DNA from: Octopus sinensis | Lineage: Eukaryota | Direction of reading: 5' to 3' | Assembly: GCF_006345805.1 (NCBI RefSeq) | Contig: NC_043003.1 | Location: 35,960,001-36,024,000, forward strand | Length of the DNA: 64,000 nt | Shown here: one piece after another, positions 25,471-36,961 of the stretch | Layout of the letters: every line of letters begins with the position of its first letter | Numbering within the stretch: position 1 is the stretch's first letter | Translations under genes and position numbers: made by a program | The notes under the pieces: generated by a model | What the model was told of the DNA's origin: nothing | The model's input: only the letters and a program-made list of their open reading frames with translations | The model's database searches: none

Positions 25471-27439
25471 TCTTTCTCTCTTTCATCATATCGCTATCTT
25501 TTCTACTTCGTTTCTCTAAAGTTTTTGTTCGGTTCACTTCAGTAATAATATTGAAGAGAAAATGTCCCGGCACCGCATGACCACTTCCGGCGGAATCAAA
25601 CAAGCAGAGATGAAATGAAAATTGACTGATTCAATACAAGGAAAAAGAAAACAAGAAAAGAAAAGAACCACCGACAGAAACAAAGAAAAGAAGAAAAGAA
25701 GCACAGCCAGGAACACCAAAGACAGCGATTTAGCAGAAATGGAAAGAAAACAAGGAAAAGAATTAGGCGAGAAAGAGCGAGCGAGAGAAGGACAGAGAGA
25801 GAAAAATGGAGAGAAAGAGAGTGGGAGAGAGAAGACAGACAGACAGACAGAAAGAGAGGGAAAATGAGGGACAGAGAGAAAGAGACATAGCATGCACGTC
25901 ACAATATAGAACGTATAAGAGAAAGAAGTGTTTGAATAAGTATGTATTTCATATATGTATGTTGCCCTCACTCTAAACATCGTCACATATACATATACAA
26001 GGGCCCGGGAACAAGGGGTGCAGCGGGTGCACCTACACCCCTTGGAATTTTCAGGTGATGCAAGATCAAAATTTGCACCCCCTACATAATTTTACCAGTT
26101 TCAGAAAATAGGGTCTAAAAAGTTACCTGTATAAAGCAAAAACAAAGAACAAAAATAAATAAATAAAAGTGATGAAGCTGGGCTTAAAATTCCCAAGGGA
26201 ATTTATGACTGACCAGAAGCGTCAAGAGAAAAAAAAAATTATGTGACAACAGCAACAGTAGCAGCAAACACCAAGAACAACAAACATGACCAGCATCTAC
26301 GGCTACTCTTCATACTTGGTTTCTTGAAAACAGCCGCTAATGCTGTCCTCTTTGTAGTTGATGTCGCTAAAGACTGACGACATGGTTGAATGGATTCAAC
26401 TGTTTGACCTCGGCCTAAAAATAAAAGCCCTTTTAAAATTCTTTCAGTCATATCGGTTTTCTCATTTAGGTTGTTAGGTCCAAAGTTTGACAATGGAACA
26501 AAATGATTTATTTTTATGTTTGATTGTTAAATGCTCATTGTTAAATGCCTTGATATTTAATGCTCATTCGAAATACTAGTCCAGTTTAATAAAAAAAAAT
26601 TTTTTTAAGATTTTGAAAGGAAACATTTAACTATAAATGATTGCAGACCAACTCCGAAATTACCTAATTTGCGAAGAAACGTATTCGCCAATTTCAGACT
26701 AATCTACATAAAAAGGAAATGATATTAAAAGCATTACCTACCGTCATCCTGACGCGGTTAACCACAAAGAGGTGCTTTTTTCGCTCATAAGTCTAACCCT
26801 AGCTGAGGCCAACATATGGGCTAATATGCTTTTAACAGGGGTCTTTAATTTATATCCAGCCTGGAGCTAAGCAACTGAAGTGGAGGGATACGAACGCTTT
26901 CCTCGATACAACAAAAGACTTTCCCATACATCATTACCCGTCCAATTAGGGGAAAATAGCATACTCGACTTTATTCACGATGTTCAATTCCAACTTTGAT
27001 TTTTTACGTTTTATTCGCAATCTTATAGTGATGTAATATTAGATACGAGAATATAACGAAATGATAGAATATTAAATGTCCATTCTGATTGAACTAGTAC
27101 TTTCATGCATTAAACTATGCAATCTTCAGACTCATATACTCGTGGTGACAGTTATGTTTTACAATTTCTAACTGTAGTCAGTGTTCCAGAATGTAGCAGG
27201 AGTAGCTGTGGTAATAGAACTTTAAACCCGAATATAAGATTATTTTTATTGACTTTTAGCTGGTATTTTCATGCTATCATCATAATGAGCACCTTTAGTG
27301 TTGTTAGTGGTCGTAGCAGTAGAAAGAGTACCTCTAAGTATTATTATTATTGTTTATTTAGCTTGGTGTGGTATTTATTAATAAAGTTCTTTTCTCTGAT
27401 TTTTCTCTCAATTTCACTTGGACTGTATAGTTTGTAGAA

Positions 27440-28225
27440 TAAAATATATTTTCAGTCTGCATTTAGCTAGCTGATTACTCAAAGGTATCTGACGGACATC
27501 TGGGTCTCTAATTTGTGTCGGTGCACACGTGAACGTTCTGATAGTGCATTTTCAGTCTGTCCATATAGAGTTCTTCACAATTTAGGCATTTGGTGCAATA
27601 AGTAAAATTTTTACTTTTGTGAATATTTGATGCAGTAAATTAAATATTTGCTTTTGAATATTTTCCCAGCTTTTGTTCCTATATTGGCCGGTATGAATGA
27701 ATTGGCACGTGTGCTACACCAGCTATCACTGCATTTAGATCAGTGAATGATTGGTCTTCTTTGCTAAGTCAAACTTGCTTTTTTAACAATTTTTTTCAAG
27801 TTTTTAGACTGTCTTTTACTAAGAACCATAGTTCGATCTGTGATTATATTTTTTATTCATTTGAACAATGGTTGGTAGGTTTGCTTTAGCAATGTTGAAG
27901 ATATTCTGGTGACATGGGTTGTGTGTCACTATAAATGGTATGACATGTTCCAGTTATCCTCTTCTTTCGGTTGTTCTCAGTTGTTGTATGGGTAATTTTA
28001 TAGCTCGCTGTATGCCATTTTCTATAAGTAGAGTACAAAGTATGGAATGTTGCGTTTTGTATGTGGTGGATAGCATGACTTACAATTCAGGTAATTGATG
28101 TGCGTCCCCGTGTTTTTGTGGTATATATCTGTGGTAATGGTGGTGTCCTTTTTAATTGCCATTCTGTCTAGGAATGGTAATTTGGTACTACTCATCTCTT
28201 TAGTAGGTTCCGAAGGATATTTACA
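27440..28225 (-). mobile_element. Penelope-like element fragment (RT thumb + GIY-YIG endonuclease)
   Basis: LPFLD..TTDIYHKNTGTH.NYL..SCYPPHTKRNIPY, then YCTKCLNCEELY/GQTENALSERSRVHR (frameshifted YIGQT motif). Confidence 0.85.
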
Positions 28226-28234
28226 GCTGAGCAA

Positions 28235-28340
28235 GGTGAAATGAAATGTTTTGCTCAAGAACATAACGTGCTGCCTTGTCTGGAGAGTCGAACCAGCAAT
28301 CGTGAATGCAACGCCCTAACCACTAGGCAACGCACCTTCA
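28235..28340 (-). mobile_element. SINE family D head, reverse
   Basis: Reverse tRNA-like head (GTCGAACC, CCCTAACCACTAGGCAACG) plus a TTGAGCAAAACATTTCATTTCAC block similar to 58640-58670. Confidence 0.6.
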
Positions 28341-28954
28341 CACACACACACACTCACACACACACACACACATACACACACACACCTATATATCGCAAAA
28401 TGCTCATAGGTATTGTTGCAACTATTTTTTAGTTAAGGAGACATATGGTTGAAGACGTTGCTTTTGTGACCATCTTGTTTATATTTCTAGCAGTGTATCT
28501 AGTATTCTTTTGTAAGAAGACAACAGTGATCTGAGGGAGATTTGGCTGTTATTTCTAGTATGGTGAGCGATCTCATAGCGCCCACCACATTGGTTCGAGA
28601 AACACAATGGTTGATGGGTCACGTGGGATGGATGATGGAAGGGGGACCAAAACTGGGCGAAAGGTCAAGTGACAAAATAGGACGGGTGGGATGTCACGTG
28701 ATTGCACAGAACATCCTTGGCAGGATCATCATCACCATCATCGTCCCACGACCACTACTATCCTCATGCTACTATTGCCATCCTCACCACAACCACTATC
28801 ACATCATCATCATCATCATCAAGGCCGACACTTGACCCTTCTTGCTTAATGATGAGAGAAGGGGAGAGGAGTACGAAGAATTAAAACTATTATTATTGTA
28901 GCCCTTGTGGCCAATAAACGAATTATTAATGGATTGTTAGTATCAATGAAGTAC

Positions 28955-29293
28955 TGGACGAAATGCTCGGCAGTATTTCTTCCGGAGTTTTGTCTTGAGC
29001 TCAAATCCCGTCCAAGTTAACTTTTGCTCTCTTCCTTTCTAGGCTGGCAGAATCGTTAGAGCGTTGGGAAGATGCTTTGCGGCACTTCTTCAAATTCATT
29101 CTGCTGCGGTCATCTTTTCGAGATCGATGAATAAAGTACCAGTTAAGCACTTGGGTTGATGTAATCGACTCCCTCACCCCCAAACACTGCTACTCTGTGC
29201 CAAGCAGACTCGAACTGATAACATTACAATTTTTAGGGCGGCGAGCTGGCAGAATCGTTAGCACGCCGGGCGAAATGCTTAGCGGTATTTCGT
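28955..29293 (+). mobile_element. three consecutive SINE B pieces; the last is a near-consensus head cut at 29293
   Basis: Heads at about 28955, 29041 and 29237; the last ends at GGTATTTCGT, where LINE-like sequence begins. Confidence 0.75.
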
Positions 29294-31900
29294 ACGTGTG
29301 TTACTGAAAATTTATTGTTGGGGTGTGTTCGTAAGTTTCTGTTAATTGTTATATCTCTTGTTGTGCCTATTGTTGGACTTATTGTTAAAAAAATTTGTTG
29401 TAGTATAGTTTTCTTTCGAAAGCTATCTGGGGTTTCCCCTGTGGGGGAAAATATTAATTGCTGGCAAGATGCCGAAAAGTTCGTCTTCGTCGGGGGACGA
29501 ATCATCGATTGAGCGAGAAGCAAAGAAATTAGAAAGCTTAATTTTTGATAACGTTTCTGATGTGTCGGAAAGTGAATTTCCGGCATTACCAAGAATTACG
29601 AACACGAAAAGAAAGACCGAAAAAAGGACCATCCAAAATAAAGAAAGAAAATTTTTGCGTTAGCGGCTGGTGGTGGAACGCGACTGCTGTCAACTGACAT
29701 AAAAGAATTATTAAACTATAAAGATATGATAACAGAACGAGATGGAATAGTAAAAGTGGAAATACCAGAAGAAGAATTAACAGAGGAAAAAAAGAAAATT
29801 ATTATTTTTAAGACATTCTGCTTAGAAGCTTGTAAAATTGATAAAATATGTGAGCAAAAAATTGAAAACCCATCTGGCAGAACAAAAACACTCTATAAAA
29901 TCTTTAAGAGTCGGAAGACAAAGTTAATCTCAATTTACATGGGAATGAGAGCATAAAAAGTGAGAATACCAAGAATTCCGCCCGGAATAAATCCTATGAG
30001 CTTGACGGTGGCAGTCCTGGCAAAAAGGGAAGATAATATTAACCTCCTGTAGGCTACAGTCACAGAAAATACCTATTGGAGTGGTCACACTCTTAACCTC
30101 ATACTGCAGGGTGACCAAAAAATTTTAGAACAGCTCCCAGAAATCGGGGAAGTAGGAGAGGAAATTCTAAATATTTTTGTTGAGGGGCGTAAGCCACGAT
30201 GTTTCCAGTGTGGCCCGGGCTGTGGAGTCTTGCGAAGAGCCAATCACGCCTGTGGGGGTGATGGAGGCTTTGGCCGACTGTAAAGCGGGTAAGTCGCCGG
30301 GACATGATGGTCTTCCGTACGAGCTGTATAAATGTATGCCAGACTTGTTCGGGCAACTACTGACTGACGTGTACGCGAACTGGCAACAGAATGGGTTTAT
30401 CCCCAGATCTGTGCGCCGGGGAGTAGTGACGTTGGTCAGAAAGGACCCGGACAAGGGGGATGTTATAGAGAATTTCAGGCCCATCATTCTGTTAAACACA
30501 GAAGTGAAGAATTTGGCCAAGGTCTTAGCAAAAAGGTTGGCACGAGTCGCGAATGGTATAATCGGGGAGGCACAAACATGCAGGCAGAACCATTCAGGAT
30601 ACCCTCCATCTTATTCGCTATAACATAGAGGGTTGGTAATAAATCTAGCAAAGGTGGGGCATTGGTACCTTTTAGACCAGTCTAAAGCTTTTGATTGGGT
30701 TGACCATCTATACCTGGCGAGTGTGCTTGCGCGGTTCGGCCTGGGCCTTAGCCTCCCAACTAGAAACGAGCCTGATAGCAGTGAATGCTAACAACCAGGC
30801 ATTAAAAAACCCCAACAGCAAAATAATACACCAATCATTATACTATTCTACCGGAAGGAATTGTAATCTATGAAATCAACAGAGACAATTACAATTTATT
30901 GCATAGCTACCGCTCGAAGGACATATGCCCTCCAAGAATGAACATTTGCATGTCCATGTACGAGGGAAGACAGAGAGAAGGGATTACAATCCCTTCTTCT
31001 TCGAAAGGTAAACCACATTTTATGGTTTCGCTCACAGATTTATCCGCTCGGGGTGAGGAGAAACAGTAGGATATTTAAATTTCGTGGCCTCGGGTCGGAT
31101 TGGAAGCAAGGTCGCTTTCTCAATGACCTCAGGCCACATAGACTGGATGTGATAGTGGCCACGGAGACGAAACTGAATAGGTTGCGGGACTTTTCCCCAC
31201 TCCTGAACTCCATGCCAACCGGGTGGGGTGGGGGTAGTGGTGTCACGATCCTACCAAGGAAAAACCCGGTTTCCGAGACTAGAACAATCAGGCTGGTAGG
31301 TGTCTGTGTCCACAATCTGCTTTCTTTAGAAGCCTAGAAAATTTCCTTGGCACGTCTCACAATTTAGCACTGCTGGGTGACTTTAATACAATCTGCGATG
31401 CACGTGAAGATTGTGTGGATCAAATCCGAATAGAAGGGGAAAGCCATGCCTCGCCGATCTGCTTACTCGCTTTCAGCTGGCAGATCGGTACAGACTAGAA
31501 TTTCCGAACGCTCCATTGTGGACCTGGACGAATAGCGATAGGTCTTCGAATAGAATTTTAGTTAGACGGAAGGACGAGGAGTACTAGATGTCCATAATTC
31601 CACTTTGTTAACAACAGCAACCATAAACTTGTATCCTGTAAGCTGGTTGTAGATAGGATATGTAGACAAGGCCATTATTAACAACAAATGGTAGAGGCAT
31701 TGGAGAAAGGTAGGGCAGCCCAAGTGTTGGCATCGAGATTGGCACTCAACCAACACGTCGAGTATTTAATACGAAGTTTGGATTGTCAGGTCGAAGTTTC
31801 GTGCAATGGTTCGACAAGGATCCAACGCTGCGAGATGGTACCCTGTGGTAAACGAACCGGAGGAGATATGCAAGGTTCTTTACAGACAGCTTTGCGATGA
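29294..31900 (+). mobile_element. L1/Tx1-clade LINE remnant with permuted domain order
   Basis: ORF1-like MPKSSSSS.. from 29469 to EGRKPRCFQCG (about 30213); RT GKSPGHDGLPYELY, FRPIILLNTEVK, LDQSKAFD (30220-30746); APE VGYLN(V)RGL, LDVIVATETK, NHKLVSC, AIINNKW (31060-31710). Confidence 0.85.
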
Positions 31901-31914
31901 CTGTACTGCCGCTG

Positions 31915-32061
31915 TCAGCGCTATGGTGACCAGAGCTCGCTCTGAGCACCATTGGGATGACTGACCACCGATAGGAGCCAACACTCAGCGCTATAGCAAC
32001 CAGAGCTCGCTCTGAGCACCATTGAGATGACTGACCCCCGCTAGGAGCCCACAATCAGCGC
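31915..32061. repeat. 70-bp tandem repeat, 2.1 copies
   Basis: TCAGCGCTAT..CCAGAGCTCGCTCTGAGCACCATTG.GATGACTGACC..CG.TAGGAGCC units start at 31915, 31985 and 32055. Confidence 0.95.
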
Positions 32062-32325
32062 TTTCCAGGAAGTCCTCGAATTTTTCCAGGAAGTCTCTCA
32101 TCCTCAGAATTATCCAGAAGTCTCCAGGAAGTCCTCGGAATTTTCTAGGTAATCTCATCCGCGGAACTTTCCAAGAATTCTCTCATCATCTGAACTTTCC
32201 ATGCAGTTCTCAGAATTTTCTAGGTAATCTCATCCGCAGAAATTTCCAGGTATTCGTAGGAGTATTCCAGGAAGTCTCATCGTTGGAACTCTCCAGGAAA
32301 TCTTCGGAATTTCCAGGAAGTGTCA
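32062..32325. repeat. degenerate minisatellite built on TTCCAGGAAG / GAAnnTTC / CTCATC
   Basis: TTCN3GAA at 32063, 32084, 32169, 32207, 32265, 32311; GAAnnTTC at 32138, 32164, 32192, 32213, 32239. Confidence 0.9.
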
Positions 32326-32692
32326 TCCCTAACTTATCTGTTGTTGATGACCATTTTGTTGAACAGAAAAGCTTCTTCGACAGTGCGATCCAAGCACTGC
32401 AACTGTGTCTTGCTCAGATTATGAACATTTCAGCCGAATCCTCATAATAACAAAAAATATTATCATACATGCATTTTTTATGTTAACATTGGAAAAATCC
32501 ACATTTTTCATAAAAATATTAGGACTTAGGTTTCCACCCCCTTAGCAAATTTTGTCGCTGGGCCACTGTACATATATGTATGTGTGTGTGTGTGTAGGTG
32601 AGTATGTGTGCCGGCATTATACATATGTATATAGGAATATATATATATTTGTATGTATATATATATATGTATATATATATAGATATATATAT

Positions 32693-32752
<60 letters not shown>

Positions 32753-33340
32753 CTAGAACTATACATAGTGAGGTAATTCACCAGTAGTGTCTACAGATAC
32801 ATTTATCCCTTGGATAACTCATATTTGCTAACTCATATTTTGCTACATATATATACATATTACAATATATATATATATTATATATTTTATAATATATAGA
32901 TATATATATATATATATATATGTAAGTATTTATATGTATATATACATATACATATATTATATATATATATATTATTATATATATTATATATATATATAAT
33001 ATATATATGCATGTATTTATATGTATATATACATATATAAACAACTATGTATTTTTATATATATATATATATACATATATTATATATATATATATTATAT
33101 ATATATATATATATATACAACAACACACACACACACACATATATATATGTGTGTGTGTGTGCATTGTTTATATCTTTTCGTATATACTTACATGTAGCAG
33201 GGTCGAGTAGAAAATGGAGATAGGAAAGATGAGAAAGGAAAAGTGTTAATATTTGCATAGAAAGAAAAAAGATGGTGGAATTAATTAAGAAATAAGAATG
33301 CTCTCTCCCCTCGTTCCCTCCCTCTTCTTCTCATATATAT

Positions 33341-33380
<40 letters not shown>

Positions 33381-33484
33381 TACACAAATACAGGGACGGA
33401 GAGAAAGAGAGGGAGAGAGAGAGAGTGTGTGTGAGAGAGACCTATATATAAAGCATATTTTTATACGCGCATATATATATCTCT

Positions 33485-33775
33485 TACATTTGACAACGAC
33501 CATGCTAGAGCACCGCCATTTAGTCGAAGCTTATTCTTTGTAAGTCTTGTACTTATTCTATCGGTCTCTTTTGCTAAAGTTACAGGGACGTACACACATA
33601 CATACACATATATACGATGGGCTTCTTTCAGTTTCCATCTACCAAATCTACTCACAAGGCTTTGGTCGATCCGATGTTATTGTAGAAGTCACTTGCACAA
33701 GGTGCCATGCAGTGGTACTGAACCAGGAACCATGTGATTGGTAAGCAAACCTCTTACTACACAGCCGCTCCTACA
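33485..33775 (-). mobile_element. SINE family A, internally shortened
   Basis: Reverse head and tail blocks recognisable. Confidence 0.8.
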
Positions 33776-33822
33776 CACGTAGAATCATGCTTCTACTGAC
33801 AGGCATTAGATGCATGCTCGTT

Positions 33823-33875
<53 letters not shown>

Positions 33876-33883
33876 ATATATAT

Positions 33884-33929
<46 letters not shown>

Positions 33930-34250
33930 CTCTCACTCTCTCTCGAAACGTAGATAGTTATGAGCAAAATAATACGTAAATAGGTGGAAAAAGTAGATAG
34001 ATATGCATGCAGAAAGACAGATAGATAGATAGATAGATAGATAAATTGATAAGATCAGATAAAAATGTGAAAACTGTGAATGAGAAAGTGGCAAGAATGG
34101 AAAATTATTCAGAGGGAATGAGAGAGAGGGAGAAGTGGAATGACAGAGAGAGGTAACAGAGAGATAGACAGAGGAGAGAGAGAGAGAGAAGGAGAAAGAG
34201 AGGAGAGAGAAAAGGTGACGGAGAGTTTTGTGCGTGCGTGTGTGTGTATT

Positions 34251-34284
<34 letters not shown>

Positions 34285-34471
34285 TGACAGGCATAGTGAC
34301 AGAACTAGATAAGTGCATATATAAAAACTAAAATGCTCAAAAGAAAACTTGAAAATGTCTGCATGTGCCTGTGTATATATGTGGATCTATGAGTATGAGT
34401 GACAGCAGATATGTATAGCATTTTGACTAAGATCACAGTACTATAATATATGTATATATATATAAAAACAT

Positions 34472-34506
<35 letters not shown>

Positions 34507-34879
34507 AGTATTTGTGTGTATATACTATATATATATATATTATATATATGTATGTATATATATATATGTATGTATATATATATATATATGTATATATATA
34601 AGATATATATGTATATATATATATAATATATATATCTATATATTATATAGATATAATATGTATATATATATGTATATATATATAGATATATATATATGTA
34701 TATATATATGTATATATATAGATATATTATGTATAATATATATATGTATATATATAGATATACATATGTTATATATATGTATATATATAGATATGTATGT
34801 ATATATATTAGATATATATATATATATATATATATTATATAGATAGATAGAATAGATAGATGGATAGATAGATAGATAG

Positions 34880-34919
<40 letters not shown>

Positions 34920-35834
34920 GATATACCGACAGACTGACAGAGATGGATACGTAGATAAATGGATAGATAGATATACAGATAGACAGAGAGAGAGAGAGAC
35001 AGAGAGAGGGATAGACACTTGAGAATATATACATGCATATATATATACATATATACATACATACATATGTATACACACACATATATATATATATACATAT
35101 ATATGTGTGTATGCACGCACGTCTCTATTTAAACTAGCGTGTACGCGCGTTTGCGTGTGTTTGTGTTTTTGCGTGTGTTTGTGTGTGTGCGTATGTATAT
35201 GCGTGCTTGTGCCTACGTGTGCTTACGTGCGAGTACGTGTGTGTCTGTGAGGTGTCTGGGCGGAAGTTGTCAATGAGACAGCCCAGTGAATGCTGGGATA
35301 TTCTATAGTAGATCAGTGCTGTAATCTCTCATAAAACATTAAAGGCAATGGATGCTTCGGTAAAAAGAAGAAAAAAAACCCAGTAAAAAACCCCAGAAAA
35401 AATAACAGCTCTTCAAGACCGGCCCTGGAAGAATTAGTAATGCTTTAGAAGACTTGTAGTAGTAGTAGTAGTCGATGTTGAACTTAGTGTTGCGGATCAT
35501 TCTATTTGTGCATAATACTAGTGGTTTGACGGTGTTCATGGTGACTGGATGAAGATAGTGGCAGGAGTAGTCCTAATGGTAACGGAGGGTGGTACTCCTT
35601 AACAACTAACTCTAGACCTGGCTCAAACAGGCCTATCTATGATCAAAGGTATTCCGCCCGTGACCAACACGTGATTTCCTGTTATTAGCAAGGAATCTAG
35701 GAAGAATCATTTCTAAAAGTAGCAGGCTAAAAATATAAGGTTAGGTCATATCGTTCGACTACGTGGAGGCGACCCACCCCAACTAAGGTCGTATTGATCG
35801 AGTGTGGGTAGTGGTTATGAATGTAATGGTTAAG

Positions 35835-36065
35835 GTGGGCGAGCTGGCAGAAACGTTAGCACACCGGGTGAAATGCTTAGCGGTATTTCGTCTGCGTTAC
35901 GTTGTGAGTTCAAATTCCGCCGAGGTCGACTTTGCCTTTCATCCTTTCGGGGTCGATAAATTAAGTACCAGTTACGCACTGGGGTCGATGTAATCGACTT
36001 AATACCTATGTCTGTCCTTGTTTGTCCCCTCTGTGTTTACCCCCTTGTGGGTAATAAAGAAATAG
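35835..36065 (+). mobile_element. SINE family B, full length
   Basis: Closely matches 2313-2545. Confidence 0.92.
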
Positions 36066-36574
36066 GTATGTGTGGTAGTGGTAGTGTTGATAAAAAGTGG
36101 GGGATTATATGAAAGTAATGTTGACTGTTTATGCGTGTGTGTTTGGGTCTCCACCACCGCATAACGAGAGGTGTTAGAGTGTTCAGGTCTCCGCAACATA
36201 GCGGTTCAGCAAAAGGCACAGATAGAATATGTATCAGGCTTAGAAAATGAGACATAATGAACATTTGATCGACTAAAATCTCTTCAAGGCAGTGCCCCTG
36301 GATGGCCACATTCAAGTGACTGAACCAAGTAAGTGATAAAAGATGTGTGGTGTGTGTGTAAGTGTGTATGTGTGTGTGTGTCTGTGTGTGTGTGTTAATA
36401 AGTTTGATAAAACATTGAAGTTAGGAAAAAGGAAATGAAATACTGTTTATTCATAAAGATAACTTATCGTCAACAAAATTAAAGTATGTTCAAATAGAAG
36501 TTTTTCTGGGAGTAATGTGTTTATTAATATGTTAATATGTTAATAGTATTCTGGACACACACGCACAGACACAC

Positions 36575-36660
<86 letters not shown>

Positions 36661-36661
36661 A

Positions 36662-36810
36662 GATATGTTTCTTTATTAGCCACACAGGGCTGCACACAGA
36701 CAGAACAAATTACAAGGTAGAGCTTTTCTTTTGGGTATAAAAAAAGGGGGTTGGTTTTCGATCAAAAGGGATCGTAAAAGGAAAGAAAGAGGACAAAAAA
36801 AGGGGAGGAT
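36662..36810 (-). mobile_element. retroelement 3'-end repeat (sister copy on + at about 49500-49660)
   Basis: AAAAGAAAAGCTCTACCTTGTAATTTG.TC..TCTGTGTGCAGCCCTGTGTGGCTAATAAAGAAACAT shared by both copies; each runs into a microsatellite tail. Confidence 0.7.
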
Positions 36811-36961
36811 TTAAAAAGATATAGATATATAAATATGTGTGTGTGTAGATAGATATATATATGTTTGTGTGTAGAGAGAGAGAAAAAGAGAGAGAGACGG
36901 AGAAAAACAGACAGGCATATAGATAGATAACAATTTATATATATATATACATATACATACA

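Larger units (their letters stand above)
25998..32568. mobile_element. 6571-bp hAT-type DNA transposon remnant containing nested insertions
   Basis: Identical 8-bp flanks TACATATA (25990-25997 and 32569-32576); imperfect TIRs CAAGGGCCCGGGAAC and CAGTGGCCCAGCGAC (10/15); subterminal CACCCC motifs at both ends. Confidence 0.7.

Noticed and set aside
31915-32061. CRISPR-like array
   Set aside because: Contiguous 70-bp tandem units with no unique spacers, in a eukaryotic context.
35339-35539. Minus-strand acceptor followed by a hydrophobic frame
   Set aside because: The hydrophobicity comes from T homopolymer runs; no supporting exon.
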